A DNA stretch of 64,000 nt from Longimicrobiales bacterium. GTDB lineage: Bacteria > Gemmatimonadota > Gemmatimonadetes > Longimicrobiales > Gaopeijiaceae. Numbering within the stretch: position 1 is the stretch's first letter; each line of letters begins with the position of its first letter. A program made the position numbers and the translations under genes. Below, piece by piece: positions 21,401 through 34,516 of the stretch. The notes below the pieces were generated by a model that searched no databases, was not told the origin of the DNA, and saw only the letters and a list, made by a program, of their open reading frames with translations. The stretch spans positions 3,360,001-3,424,000 of the forward strand of contig OZ242008.1 in assembly GCA_965204735.1 (NCBI GenBank), given 5' to 3'.

Positions 21401-22630
21401 CCACGACAGCTGCCGAGTCCTCCCCTCCAGCGCGCGGATCAAGTCGGCCAGGTCGTCGTCGCCGAACCCGCCGACATCGCCATGGGCCAGCACGCCGATC
21501 GGATCCGCGTTCGCCAGAGCCCGCCTGGCTTCCCCACAAAGGGCGGCCAGCCACGCGGCCAAGCCCCGAAGTCCAGACACGATGCCGCCGTCGTGGCCGG
21601 TCAGAAGGGCCAGAACACGTTCGCTCGGCAGTCCCGCTCCTTGGCCGCTGGTTCTTCCCTCGATGACGTTGCGGAGGAACCGAGCCCCGACGTACTCCGC
21701 AATATGCAGGTGGACGGGCACGAAGCGTCCGGGCGACTCCGCAGTGAAGAGCTTGGTGGCGAGCGCCCGACGCAGCGCTTCCCCGTCTCCGTCCGCCACT
21801 TCGTCAGGGGCCAGGTCGTCGTTTCGCTTCTCCACGCCGCTTCTGCAGATCGCCTGTGCGTCCGTAAGCAGAAAGAACGCCGCCAGTCGGCCCGCCGCAT
21901 CGAGCAGGCGCTCGGCGCCCAACTCGCTGGCGTCGCGACCCCTGGCCGCGTCCAGGTGCTCGAGATTCTCCTCCTGCACGAGTCGGAGGCAGGCCTGCTC
22001 GAACACTTCGGTTCGGCTCGCCGGCCAGCTCCCGTTCGCCACAATGCCCGCCAACAGCTGAAGAGATTGGGGGCTGTCCAGCAGTCCGCCGAGACCCCGG
22101 TCCACGGCCTGCCGAACAAAGTCGGCGGCGTCCATTTTCTGGACCGCAGGCAACCCAGCCAGAACGTGACGAACGTCGTCGCCGCCGAGGGGGTCGAGTC
22201 GCAGAAGCCGAAGCCGTCCGCCGTCGAGAGGGGACTGGAGCGCGTTCGTGTCTGTGAGTCCCCAGTCGGCCGGCCGACACGAGAGCCTGAACCGGGGATG
22301 CCCCAGTTTCCTCAACCGGGCGACGATCTTGTCCAGTGGAGAACGGGGGTCGCCACCGCCCGCTCGCACTTCGTCCAGGCCGTCGATGAAGAGCACGGCG
22401 TTCTTGGCGTCCAGCACATCTTCCAGGTCGCCCCGGACGAACTCGCGGGCGGTCACGTACCTTGCCCCGCCCGCCTGGGCTTCGCGCTTGAAGGCCGTCG
22501 TCTTGCCTGCCCCGGGGTCGCCCAGTAGCACGTAGGCCCATTCGCGCCGAAAGGCCGAGATCGGGCGAGAGGGTTGGACGGACGAACCGTCTTGGTCGTA
22601 CTCGGTCGCGGTTCGGTCTACGTACGTCAT
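18461..22630 (-). CDS. NACHT/STAND NTPase with C-terminal PD-(D/E)XK nuclease domain (Avs2-like / bacterial NLR-related)
   Basis: Start MTYVDRT at 22630 (ATGA overlap with the upstream stop); Walker [12 protein letters not shown]; Walker [10 protein letters not shown]; 'RLSCR'; C-terminal 'RSDIRV...VPVEIKKN...DQLIDQY...GVYLVLWFG'; about 1389 aa. Confidence 0.8.
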   Translation of the reverse strand: MTYVDRTATEYDQDGSSVQPSRPISAFRREWAYVLLGDPGAGKTTAFKREAQAGGARYVTAREFVRGDLEDVLDAKNAVLFIDGLDEVRAGGGDPRSPLDKIVARLRKLGHPRFRLSCRPADWGLTDTNALQSPLDGGRLRLLRLDPLGGDDVRHVLAGLPAVQKMDAADFVRQAVDRGLGGLLDSPQSLQLLAGIVANGSWPASRTEVFEQACLRLVQEENLEHLDAARGRDASELGAERLLDAAGRLAAFFLLTDAQAICRSGVEKRNDDLAPDEVADGDGEALRRALATKLFTAESPGRFVPVHLHIAEYVGARFLRNVIEGRTSGQGAGLPSERVLALLTGHDGGIVSGLRGLAAWLAALCGEARRALANADPIGVLAHGDVGGFGDDDLADLIRALEGRTRQLSWRAWSAPALGSMIRRSTIEMLCAYIADDDRSDARQAVAHLLLRGVPHAALTSRAGPERFPATSRWFIGQLLRLVRDPTWQPRVRYAGLAAVLHAVENAGQGDELVHELLEEIKDDRVHDPDNELRGRVLTAWYPDRVPPARIWNYVPKTTNRRLIAHDVLFWSKEIERRTRNADLPALWDGLIRSKAQLLAVLREDQLDNLAHRLLVRVLTAHGETTPVSQLSEWIEFPTWARPSDFGGRDTPEFQRLRSWLAAHPAICKACLLEFLKRNTQRENLNLDAWRYRRGLFDDSLPPRFAEWCLDHAVELASSHAPAARLLLEWAVPLRRAEPHFDRWVASADARLQDLPELRDRLASFAETVESEVDQAEATMAEWKQEAAVARGRRRREEQRFVAHVREQASDLAAGSCTPALLGRLARTYFGFDSDPIDSLRNMLDSDESLVSATLSGFERVLERDDLPNLDEIVRLDSEGKYSRLALPVLAGLAEGDRSGCGGHRRLTADGIKRAVGFYYLTRPGWYRPAEVPDWYDELVRSHAELVAASLVAVHRSKIRRKVQCEEHLAPVAWDPKYRELAQLAVPSLLRAFPLRCTRPQILALRHLLWASVRYMPDSLASAVVAKLARSGMDVAQRTLWLGAGMLVSPDLYLAAAMEFIGGGATVRVQHLMGFVVPDGQPLFLMEWSTEQLAMVVRGVGARVEPWRFPGGNEGMAYLMTPADEAADKARHLLSAWLDRLAKKPGAEAADALESLADAPELAAWRHDILEARDQQVVLRRAHLHQIPTADEVRKVLQDGQPASSADLLALLVARLEQLATEIRDGNTNGWRHYWNVDSHGRPTEPRPEPVCRDALLSALRNRFPTGVNVVDAQPEAQYAEGKRSDIRVSCGGHAVPVEIKKNTHPRLWSAINDQLIDQYVRAPESNGHGVYLVLWFGPRHTKTVPPSGRRPKTPEELRERLTGELAPDQRRKVKVVVVDVCGPGERGA

Positions 22631-23862
22631 GGAGCGCGCGGACGATGCTCGTCCAGCCAGTAGCTCGCCGGAGAAGAGAGGAACTCGTTCAAGGGCACGC
22701 CGCCGGCTCCCACCAGGAGGGTGCGGGCGTTGGGAAAGCGCTTCCGAAAGTCGTCCATGCCGGCCAGCTGCGCACGTCGCGGGCCGCTCTTCACTTCGAT
22801 CCCCAGCACGTTGGGGCCGCGCGACAGCACGAAGTCCACTTCGCGGGACTTGCGACGCCAGTAGTGCAGCTTCGTGGCCGTCTGCAGCGAGTTGTGCAGA
22901 TGTGCCCCGATCGCGCTCTCGACGATGCGGCCCCAGAAGCCCCGGTCGGCCCGGGCCTCGTCGAAGGTGTAGCCTGTCGGCGCCGTCATCACCGCCGTGT
23001 TGAGGACGTTCAGCTTGGGGCTCGACGCCTTTCCCAAATGCGGCTTGGCGGAGTAGTTGCCGAGCCCCGTCACGAGTCCCGCGTCCGACAGAAGGTCGAG
23101 GTAGCGGGCCAGCGTCGTCGTGTTGCCGGCGTCTTGGAGCTGTCCGACCATCTTGTTGTACGACAGCACCTGTCCCGAGTAGTGGGGCGTCAGGTCCATC
23201 AAGCGACGCATCAAGGCAGGCTTGTCCACGCGGGTCAGAGCGACGATGTCGCGGTCGATGGTGGGGGCGACGATGGTGTTCTGCACGTAGTTGCGCCATG
23301 CGCCAAGGTCGTTTCTTAAGTGCGCCGCGCCCGGGTAGCCTCCGAAGAACAGATGCTCGTCCATGCTGAAGTCGAACGCCTCGGCCATCTCCGGCAGGGA
23401 CCAGTGGCGAACCGGCACCGGAAAGAAGCGGCCCACCATGCTCTCGTGCAGGCCGGTGAGCATCGACCACGGCGCCGACCCGGAGACGATCGCCCGCACG
23501 GGGCATCCGGTGGCCTGGTCCTCGTCCCACAGTCCTTTCACGGCCCCCGACCAGCCCTTGATGGACTGGACTTCGTCGAGGGCGAGCACGAAGCCCCGCT
23601 CGGTCTTCTCGGCTTCCCGGCGAGCGTGCTGCCAGAGCCTGACCAACCACCCGAGGTCGTCCCTCGACGGCGGCGCCAGCGGGTCGCCCGGCCGATCCAC
23701 GGCGACGTACCGGCTGGGCAGGCCGACCCGCTCCAGAGCTTGGCGGATGATCGTGGTCTTCCCCGTCTGGCGCGGGCCCGTCACGGCCACCACCAGCCGC
23801 TTGGGGTCTTCGGCCAAGAGGCGGACGACGGTCTCGACTTGCGGGCGCTCGAAGCTGGTCAT
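22627..23862 (-). CDS. ATP-binding protein, AAA_14 + DUF4143 family
   Basis: Walker A TGPRQTGKTT, Walker B LALDEVQ, 'GGYPG', and C-terminal 'REVDFV...GIEVKSG'. Confidence 0.9.
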   Translation of the reverse strand: MTSFERPQVETVVRLLAEDPKRLVVAVTGPRQTGKTTIIRQALERVGLPSRYVAVDRPGDPLAPPSRDDLGWLVRLWQHARREAEKTERGFVLALDEVQSIKGWSGAVKGLWDEDQATGCPVRAIVSGSAPWSMLTGLHESMVGRFFPVPVRHWSLPEMAEAFDFSMDEHLFFGGYPGAAHLRNDLGAWRNYVQNTIVAPTIDRDIVALTRVDKPALMRRLMDLTPHYSGQVLSYNKMVGQLQDAGNTTTLARYLDLLSDAGLVTGLGNYSAKPHLGKASSPKLNVLNTAVMTAPTGYTFDEARADRGFWGRIVESAIGAHLHNSLQTATKLHYWRRKSREVDFVLSRGPNVLGIEVKSGPRRAQLAGMDDFRKRFPNARTLLVGAGGVPLNEFLSSPASYWLDEHRPRAP

Positions 23863-23872
23863 ACGGAATAGT

Positions 23873-23902
23873 AAGCCATTGAGAGAAGATACTCAATAGC
23901 TT
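23873..23902. promoter_or_regulatory. Inverted repeat (possible operator) in the divergent AAA_14 / hsdR intergenic region
   Basis: aagccattgag-N8-ctcaatagctt (10 of 11 complementary), 10 bp upstream of the ATPase start. Confidence 0.5.
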
Positions 23903-24039
23903 GGCCACGATCGTTCCCCGCGCAATCGGACCGCATCTCGGGCAGGAGAGGACGCCGAGATTCTCGCCCCAACATTGAGCCCTGGCTAGCTTGTCAAGGT
24001 CACGAGTCCCAACGGCATTCGACGGTCGCGAGCCACACA

Positions 24040-27681
<3,642 letters not shown>

Positions 27682-27707
27682 GCGGCCCGGCGAGACGTGT
27701 TGCTACG

Positions 27708-27911
27708 CTACGGTCCGTAGAACTCGAATCGGTAACGCTCGTTGGAATCATCTGGGAGGTCGATCCCACGTCGCCATGTGCCGATTTTGACAGGCGGGCC
27801 CGCTCTTGGTGGGACAACAAACGGCTCTATTCGTTTCCGAATGCGATCGTAGCGCTCGCGGGCTGCCGTCAGCTTCTCGGCATGCTTGGCGTCGGTCAGC
27901 GCGTGATCCAT
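27708..27911 (-). CDS. Small hypothetical protein coupled to the SDH protease gene
   Basis: 67-aa ORF beginning 6 bp after the upstream stop with a GGTGAAG-like RBS region. Confidence 0.45.
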   Translation of the reverse strand: MDHALTDAKHAEKLTAARERYDRIRKRIEPFVVPPRAGPPVKIGTWRRGIDLPDDSNERYRFEFYGP

Positions 27912-27917
27912 GATGCG

Positions 27918-28799
27918 CTACCTTGCTTCACCGGAAACAGGCATGTAGAAGGCCCCAACAGATGTCTCGATCGCCTTTGCCGCGCCGTGGGACACAAACT
28001 CACTAGTGCGGAGATACAGCTCATAAAGCAGAGCCCAGGTATCCGATTGAAAATCTACGAGTTCGACATTAAGTCCGCAATCACTTGCCTCTTGCGAATA
28101 AATGGGACGACCGTGTGTCTTCGTGTGCTTTGGGTGCAGGAACACCTGCATTTTCTTCTTGATCTGACCCGAATCGTATTCGGAAAGCATTCCGTTATGC
28201 AGACAACGAATAGCCATATCAGATGCTAGATCGCGTTCTGACTCGAGGTGACTGATGTTGGTTGCACTATACTTGGACAATTGTTGCAGATAAGGCTCAA
28301 GATTCCCTTTGGCCCTGGTAGCTCCACGAAAAAGCTTATGATAGCTGTCAGTGATATGGTGAACCGACACGCGATTGTCGTCAAAGACAATTTGTGGATC
28401 GATCGGTCCGAGCTCCGAGGCTGGTCCCATCAGAATCTTGCTTGCCCCGAGACATATCATCGTCGCTGCCGACTTCGCCTTGCCTGGAACAACAGTCCAA
28501 TATTCGTCAGTGCCGCTGTATGTACGTAACAAGTTGATCATTCGCTCAGCGGCTAAGCCAGAGCCTCCCGGCGAGCTTATGATCATCGCGATGCCCCGTG
28601 CGACATCTAGAGTGCGGAGCAACCCCTCCATCATCTCGACATCTACGTCGTCTATCGACACGGGATAGCGAAAGCTCGTGAAGAATGTGACTACGGGTCG
28701 CTTAAGGTGCTCTTCCAGCTGACGAAACAGCCGTTGGCGAGTCGGATGACTCTGGTTGCGTTCGTTGAGGATTCTCGAGATCACGGGGCCTTCTGCCAT
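27918..28799 (-). CDS. ClpP/crotonase-fold serine protease (SDH_sah / S49-like)
   Basis: 'IISSPGGSGLAAERM', 'VPGKAKSAATMICLGA', 'SELGPIDPQ', 'THGRPI'; GAGGT RBS; low GC. Confidence 0.85.
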   Translation of the reverse strand: MAEGPVISRILNERNQSHPTRQRLFRQLEEHLKRPVVTFFTSFRYPVSIDDVDVEMMEGLLRTLDVARGIAMIISSPGGSGLAAERMINLLRTYSGTDEYWTVVPGKAKSAATMICLGASKILMGPASELGPIDPQIVFDDNRVSVHHITDSYHKLFRGATRAKGNLEPYLQQLSKYSATNISHLESERDLASDMAIRCLHNGMLSEYDSGQIKKKMQVFLHPKHTKTHGRPIYSQEASDCGLNVELVDFQSDTWALLYELYLRTSEFVSHGAAKAIETSVGAFYMPVSGEAR

Positions 28800-29065
28800 T
28801 TGGTCACCTCATCCTTGGGCGTCGGAAAAGCCAAACTGACGGATGGAAGTATACCACGGAGCCCGAATTCGGCGCAAGTCGCACCTCCGGCAGGGGCACG
28901 GTCGTACCGAGCAAGCATACGGCCTTGGAGCGGACGAACTGGGCGGAGAATCCATCAAGCGCGCCCATCCTTGTGGAATCCGGGCACTTGCGGCCTCTTC
29001 TTGCCCCATATGAGTGGCTCGCCTCGCACAGCCCCGGCGGCGAGATACTGGTGGACTGCATCCCC

Positions 29066-29259
29066 GCCGTTCCGCCCCGTCGTCGTCCCACCCGACCCCC
29101 GAACCCCCGACCCGCTGGATCACGACCGCCCCGCTGGTCCCGCTCAAGGCCGCGGCAGGCGCGTTCGGCGACCCGCGGCTTTCCGGCAGACGACCCAAGC
29201 AGGACGAAGGTTCGGCCGCGACACCCGCTGCGGCAAGTTCGTGGCTCAGGTCGTCGGGC
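29066..29259 (+). pseudogene. Third, decayed copy of the 5' part of the S24 insert of hsdR
   Basis: Matches about 24936-25130 ('[16 protein letters not shown]...FVAQVVG') with indels. Confidence 0.85.
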
Positions 29260-29593
29260 GGTCCGCCAAGTCGGGGCAAGTCCATATCGCCTGGAGCAAG
29301 TCGCGGAGCTGCATCCTTGCGAATCTTGGCAGATTGTCGAGAGCAAGCAGACGACACGCCGTGTTCTCGGCCGTCCTCAGCTGTGCGGCCTTGTAGTACA
29401 ACGCGACCGCGCTTACGGCTGTTATGCCAAGTGTACGGCGCTTTGTTGGGTCCAGCGCTTCAAGAGCTCGCACCTCGACGTCGGCCGCCCTGCCGTACAG
29501 GAGCCTCGCTTGGTCACCGTTGCCCGAAAGTCTGGCCACATCGGCGCGGGAAGCCAGGGTCTCGCTTTGACGGTGGTACTCAAGCCACGTCAT
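29246..29593 (-). pseudogene. Helical (TPR-like) hypothetical protein, probably 3'-truncated
   Basis: GGAGG + ATG (MTWLEYHRQSE...RTLGITAVSAVALYYKA...LRDLLQAIW). The ORF runs straight into the hsdR-derived fragment and ends there. Confidence 0.5.
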
Positions 29594-29804
29594 GTGACCT
29601 CCAGATGCGCCGGTGCACTCGGACCAAGCGGCCAGGGCCTCTACGGCCCGTCGAATCTGGGCATCGTCGCCCGTCCGGCTGGCCTTCACGAGGCCTAAGA
29701 TCAGGTCCGCTCGCGCCATTTTCGCTAGCTCCTGCCACTGAGGGTCTCCGGTGCTACGTTCCAAGGCAGTCGTTGGACCATCCGCCAAATCAAGCAGGTC
29801 CACC

Positions 29805-31032
29805 ATGAACGAAACTCCCGTGCCCCGCAAGCTCGCCCTGTCGCTGCTGGCCGTCGCCTTCGCCTCGTGCGAGAGCGCCCCGTCCAGTCCCGTCATCGCC
29901 GTGGACAGCGCCGGAGTGCGGGTCGTCGTCAGCGACCCGTCCGCGTCGGACGCCACGTGCGCGGTCGGCGAAGAGCCGCTGCTTGTCGTCGGCGACCGGG
30001 AGGACGACCCGGCCCACCTCTTCGGCCGCGTGGTAGGCGCGGCCCGGCTGTCGGACGGTTCCGTGGCCGTGGTCGATCCGACGGTGAACCAAGTCCGCGT
30101 CTTCGACGAGACGGGCGAACATCTCCGGTCCTTGGGGCGACTGGGCGACGGCCCCGGCGAGTTCAAGAACGCTTTGGCTCGTATGGGTTTGCCCAGGAGA
30201 CACGCTCTGGGTCGGCGACCACCGGCCATGGCGCTACAACGTGTTTGCGGCGGACGGCGCCTGGAGCCGCGCCGTCGAGCTGGACCCCATCTATCAAAAC
30301 CCGTCTCGCGGAGGCGGAGTGCTCTCGACCGGCCTGCTTGTCGCCGCCAGGAGGACGCCAGCAAGGGCAAGCTCGTTCGACACGCCCGACACCTTGATCG
30401 TGGAAGCACACGACCCGGACGGAAAGCTCGTCGGCGTCTTGGCTCGGCTCCCCAATCAACGGGCGGGCCAGATCGAGGATTCGTCGTGGCCCGACCTCTT
30501 CATCCACCCGGTGTTCGACAGCCGAGCGAGCGTCACCGCCCGAGGCGACCGCATCGCCATGGGCACGAGCCGCGAGGCCGAGGTCCGCATCCTGGACTCC
30601 GCATACAGACTGACCACGATCGTCCGATGGAACGCGGGCGACAGATCGGTGAGCGGCGCCGACGTCGACGCCTACCGAGAGGAATATCGGGCGTCGGAAG
30701 CATGGAGAAGCGAACCGAGCCGGCTTGACGGCCCGATGCTCAGCCCGAGGCGACCGGTGGCCGACCAGTTTCCGGCGTTCAGCGGCCTTCTGATGGGCAA
30801 CGCCGGCCATCTGTTCGTGTTTCCCTACCCGCGTCCAGGCCAATCAAGGCCCACCACCATGGTCTTCGCCCCAACCGGCGAGTTCCTGTGCCGCCTGCCG
30901 CCGATGCCAGGCCACTCGCTGGCCGAGGCCGGCCCCGACTACCTGCTGCTCGTGCACTTGGACGAACTGGACGTTCCCACCGTAGTAGTGCACAGCTTCG
31001 CGCCCCCGACCGCGGCCGTGACGACGCAGTAG
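29805..31032 (+). pseudogene. 6-bladed beta-propeller lipoprotein, tandem copy 1, +1 frameshift near 30175
   Basis: Lipobox FASC; colinear with copy 2. There are 28 nt instead of 27 between the N(aac) and D(gac) codons at about 30171-30198. This may be a sequencing error. Confidence 0.75.
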
Positions 31033-31206
31033 CCGGGCGACCGCCCCGAGCAAGCCGCCGTCTGCATTGAGCCCGCGCGACGCGACGCGGACGTCGGCTC
31101 CGGCGCTTCGCCCGCTTGCGCTTGCGCTACGCCAACTTCGGCGCCACGCTGCTGGCGGTTCCCAAGGCAGTCGTTGGACCATCCGCCAAATCAAGCAGGT
31201 CCCACC

Positions 31207-32442
31207 ATGAACGAAACTCCCTTGCCCCGCAAGCTCGCCCTGTCGCTGCTGGCCGCCGCCTTCGCCTCGTGCGAAAGCGCCCCATCCAGTCCCGTCGTCG
31301 CCGTGGACAGCGCTGGAGTGCGGGTCGTCGTCAGCGACCCGTCCGCGTCGGACGCCATGTGCGCGGTTGGCGAGGAACCGCTCCTCGTCGTCGGCAACAG
31401 GGAGGACGATCCGGCCCACCTGTTCGGCGACGTCGCCGGCGCTGCACGGCTGTCGGACGGTTCGGTCGCCGTAGTCGATCCGACGGTGGACCAAGTCCGC
31501 ATCTTCGACGAGACGGGCGAACATCTCCGGTCCTTGGGGCGCTCGGGCGACGGCCCCGGCGAGTTCAGGAACGCCTGGTACGTATGGGTTCGCCCCGGCG
31601 ACACGCTTTGGGTCGGCGACTACCGGCCCTGGCGCTACAACGTGTTTGCCGCGGACGGCGCCTGGAGCCGTGCCGTCGAGCTGGACCCCATCTATCCCAA
31701 TCCGTCCAGAGGCGGCGGAGTGCTCTCGAACGGAACGCTTGTGACCGCCTGGGTGACGCGAGGAAGCAGCAGATCGTTCGACACCCCCGACACCTTGGTC
31801 GTGGAGGCGCACTACCCGGACGGCAAGCTCGTCGGCGTCTTGGCTGGGCTCCCCAATCGGCGGTTGGGACAGATCCGCGATTCGACGTGGCCCGATCTCC
31901 TCATCGGCCCGGTGTTCGACAGCAGGGCCAGCGTCAGCGCCCGAGGCGACCACATCGCCATGGGCACGGGCCGCGAGGCCGAGGTCCGCGTCCTGGACTC
32001 CGAGTACCGGCTGACCACGATCGTGCGATGGAATGCCGGCGACAGGTCGGTGAGCGGCGCCGACCTCGACGCCTACCGAGAGGACTATCGCGCGCAGAAC
32101 GCCTGGAGAAGCGAGCCGAGCCGGACCGCCGGTCCGACGCTGAGCCCGAGGCGGCCCGCAGCGGACCAGTTTCCGGCGTTCAGCGGCCTTCTGATGGGCA
32201 ACGCCGGCCATCTGTTCGTGTTTCCCTACCGGCGTCCGGGCCGACCAGAACCAGAGTCGGGCGCCATGGTCTTCTCCCCGACCGGCGAATTCATGTGCCG
32301 CCTGCCGCCGATGCCAGACCACTCGCTGGCCGAGGCCGGCCCCGACTACCTGCTGACCGTGCATACCGACGAACTGGACGTTGCGACCGTAGTAGTGCAC
32401 AGCTTCGCGCCCTCGACCGCCGCCGTGACGACGCAGCCGTAA
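31207..32442 (+). CDS. 6-bladed beta-propeller lipoprotein, tandem copy 2 (intact)
   Basis: Lipobox LAAAFASC, 'VDSAGVRVV', 'GRSGDGPGEF'. Confidence 0.85.
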   Translation: MNETPLPRKLALSLLAAAFASCESAPSSPVVAVDSAGVRVVVSDPSASDAMCAVGEEPLLVVGNREDDPAHLFGDVAGAARLSDGSVAVVDPTVDQVRIFDETGEHLRSLGRSGDGPGEFRNAWYVWVRPGDTLWVGDYRPWRYNVFAADGAWSRAVELDPIYPNPSRGGGVLSNGTLVTAWVTRGSSRSFDTPDTLVVEAHYPDGKLVGVLAGLPNRRLGQIRDSTWPDLLIGPVFDSRASVSARGDHIAMGTGREAEVRVLDSEYRLTTIVRWNAGDRSVSGADLDAYREDYRAQNAWRSEPSRTAGPTLSPRRPAADQFPAFSGLLMGNAGHLFVFPYRRPGRPEPESGAMVFSPTGEFMCRLPPMPDHSLAEAGPDYLLTVHTDELDVATVVVHSFAPSTAAVTTQP

Positions 32443-32486
32443 CCGCAGCCCGCTTCTCGACCGAGCGGTAGGTGGAGAGACGCCCC

Positions 32487-33698
32487 GTGAACGCCATCGA
32501 GTCGATCCACGTCAAGGGCTTCCGCTCTCTGGCCGACTTCAAGGTCGAGGACCTGCCCAACCCGACCGTGATGATCGGCCCGAACGGCGCGGGCAAGTCG
32601 AACCTCTTCCGCTTCCTTGACATGGTCGGCCGGATGCTGACGCCGCCGTCGGGTGGGCTGGCAAGGTTCGTGCACGCGCAAGGCGGCGCGGACGACCAGT
32701 TGTTCGGCGGGCGCCGGCGCACACGTCGCATGGAGGCCAATCTTGCGCTGCGCACGACGGCGGGCCGTGCCGACTACCGTTTCGCCCTGACGCACGCGAA
32801 CCCCTTGATGATCTTGGATCCGCCCGCGTCCTCGCGGGGTTTCGCCCTGACACACGCGAACCCCGACCGCCTGGAGTTCGCCGACGAGCGCTTTCGGCTC
32901 CGCAATGGCGACCGGCCGAGCGGCAACGGCGACCAGGCGAGCGGTTCGCCCTGGCAGGAACTGGGTTCCGGGCACGCCAAGGCCAAGCTCCTTGACGTGG
33001 GCGACGCGGGCTCGGACGACGCCGACGACGCAGGTTCCGCGGCACGGGCAATCGTCGCCACTCTTGGCGGCTGCTCATGCTACCACTTCCACGACACCTC
33101 CAACGGTTCCCGCATCAGGACGCCCGCGGACGCCAGCGACCGGCGACGCCTTTGCGGCGACGGCGGCAATTTGGCCGCCGTGTTGCACTTCCTGGAAAGG
33201 AACGACATGCGGCGGTACGAAAGCATCTGCTATCACGTCGGTCGGGTCCTGCCCCCATTCGACCGCTTCGCGATCGAGGAGCGCCCAGACCGCCTGACGT
33301 TGCGATGGAAGGCCAAGGGCTCCGACAAGGCCCGCGGCGCGCACCTTGCGTCGGACGGTTCGTTGCGGACATTCGCCCTGATGACGCTTCTCAACCTTCC
33401 CCTGGACCTGTTGCCCAGCGTCATTCTGCTCGACGAGCCCGAGCTGGGCCTTCACCCAGCGGCAGTCTCGCTGGTCGGCGGCATGATCAGGTCCCTGTCC
33501 TCCCAAAGGCAGATCATCGTCGCCACGCAGTCGTCCCTGCTCGTCGACGTCTTCGAACTTGAAAAGCTGCTCGTACTCGGTCTCGACGGGGATGCGACGA
33601 CGGTGCAACGGCCGAAGTCGGAAGACTACCGCGAGTGGCTGGGGGAATGCTCGACCGGCCAGCTCTGGGAAAACAACCTTCTGGATGGGTATCCTTGA
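32487..33698 (+). CDS. ABC-type AAA ATPase (AAA_21 / AbiEii-like)
   Basis: 'IHVKGFRSL', Walker A GPNGAGKSN, signature ASDGS, Walker B LLDEPELGLHP, 'VATQS'. Confidence 0.85.
   Translation: MNAIESIHVKGFRSLADFKVEDLPNPTVMIGPNGAGKSNLFRFLDMVGRMLTPPSGGLARFVHAQGGADDQLFGGRRRTRRMEANLALRTTAGRADYRFALTHANPLMILDPPASSRGFALTHANPDRLEFADERFRLRNGDRPSGNGDQASGSPWQELGSGHAKAKLLDVGDAGSDDADDAGSAARAIVATLGGCSCYHFHDTSNGSRIRTPADASDRRRLCGDGGNLAAVLHFLERNDMRRYESICYHVGRVLPPFDRFAIEERPDRLTLRWKAKGSDKARGAHLASDGSLRTFALMTLLNLPLDLLPSVILLDEPELGLHPAAVSLVGGMIRSLSSQRQIIVATQSSLLVDVFELEKLLVLGLDGDATTVQRPKSEDYREWLGECSTGQLWENNLLDGYP
32779..32864 (+). repeat. 26-bp direct repeat (period 60 bp) inside the AAA ATPase
   Basis: gtttcgccctgac(g/a)cacgcgaacccc at 32779 and 32839; the protein reads FALTHANP twice. 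Confidence 0.85.
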
Positions 33699-33862
33699 GT
33701 CATGTGGGGCGCGGGATTCGGGCGTGGACACCCGAGCCCCGAAATCGGGACATCGGAGTGGACATTTCAGGGCCTCGAAATCTCGTCCGGGCCAGATCCA
33801 TGGACATGCGGACCCCGGGGCCTATCTTCCATCCATGTCTCTCTACGTGGAGGATTGACCAA

Positions 33863-34516
33863 ATGTCACCACATGACCACTTCGTCCAGTCCGTAGGCGG
33901 GAAGAAGTTTGCCACCGTTCTGGCCGATCCGCCCTGGCGCTTCCACAACAAGACGGGCAAGGTGGCGCCCGAGCACAAGCGATTGTCGCGCTATACGACC
34001 ATGTCCTTCGAGGAGATCGAGGGGTTGCCTGTTCAATCCGTCGTTGCGGACACGGCCCATTTGTATCTGTGGGTTCCCAACGCGCTCCTGCCGTACGGAC
34101 TCAAGGTCATGAAGTGCTGGGGGTTCGAGTACAAGACGAACCTAGTTTGGTACAAGATCAGGAAGGACGGCGGCCCCGATCGCAGGGGGGTCGGATTCTA
34201 CTTCAGGAACGTGACCGAAGTGATCCTTTTCGGGGTCAGAGGACGAAATGCACGCACGCTGCAGCCGGGTCGGCGCCAAGAGAACATGATCCGCTCTCGG
34301 AAGCGCGAACACAGCCGCAAGCCCGACGAGCAGTACGACATCATTGAGGCGTGCAGTCCGGGGCCCTACCTGGAACTCTTTGCCCGGGGCACGCGGGAAG
34401 GCTGGTTTGCCTGGGGCAACCAAGCTCGGGATTACACGCCGGACTGGAACACGTACTCGAACCACTCCGGCTCGCAGACCGCCGCGACGAACCAGCTGGA
34501 CCTGCTTCGCACATGA
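33863..34516 (+). CDS. MT-A70 family N6-adenine methyltransferase
   Basis: 'LADPPW', 'LYLWVPNALL', 'WGFEYKT', 'HSRKP', 'YLELFAR'; GGAGG RBS. Confidence 0.9.
   Translation: MSPHDHFVQSVGGKKFATVLADPPWRFHNKTGKVAPEHKRLSRYTTMSFEEIEGLPVQSVVADTAHLYLWVPNALLPYGLKVMKCWGFEYKTNLVWYKIRKDGGPDRRGVGFYFRNVTEVILFGVRGRNARTLQPGRRQENMIRSRKREHSRKPDEQYDIIEACSPGPYLELFARGTREGWFAWGNQARDYTPDWNTYSNHSGSQTAATNQLDLLRT
34399..34425 (+). repeat. 27-bp direct repeat, left copy (right copy at 37054-37080)
   Basis: aggctggtttgc-ctg-gggcaaccaagc versus aggctggtttgc-gca-gggcaaccaagc (24/27 identical). Confidence 0.8.
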
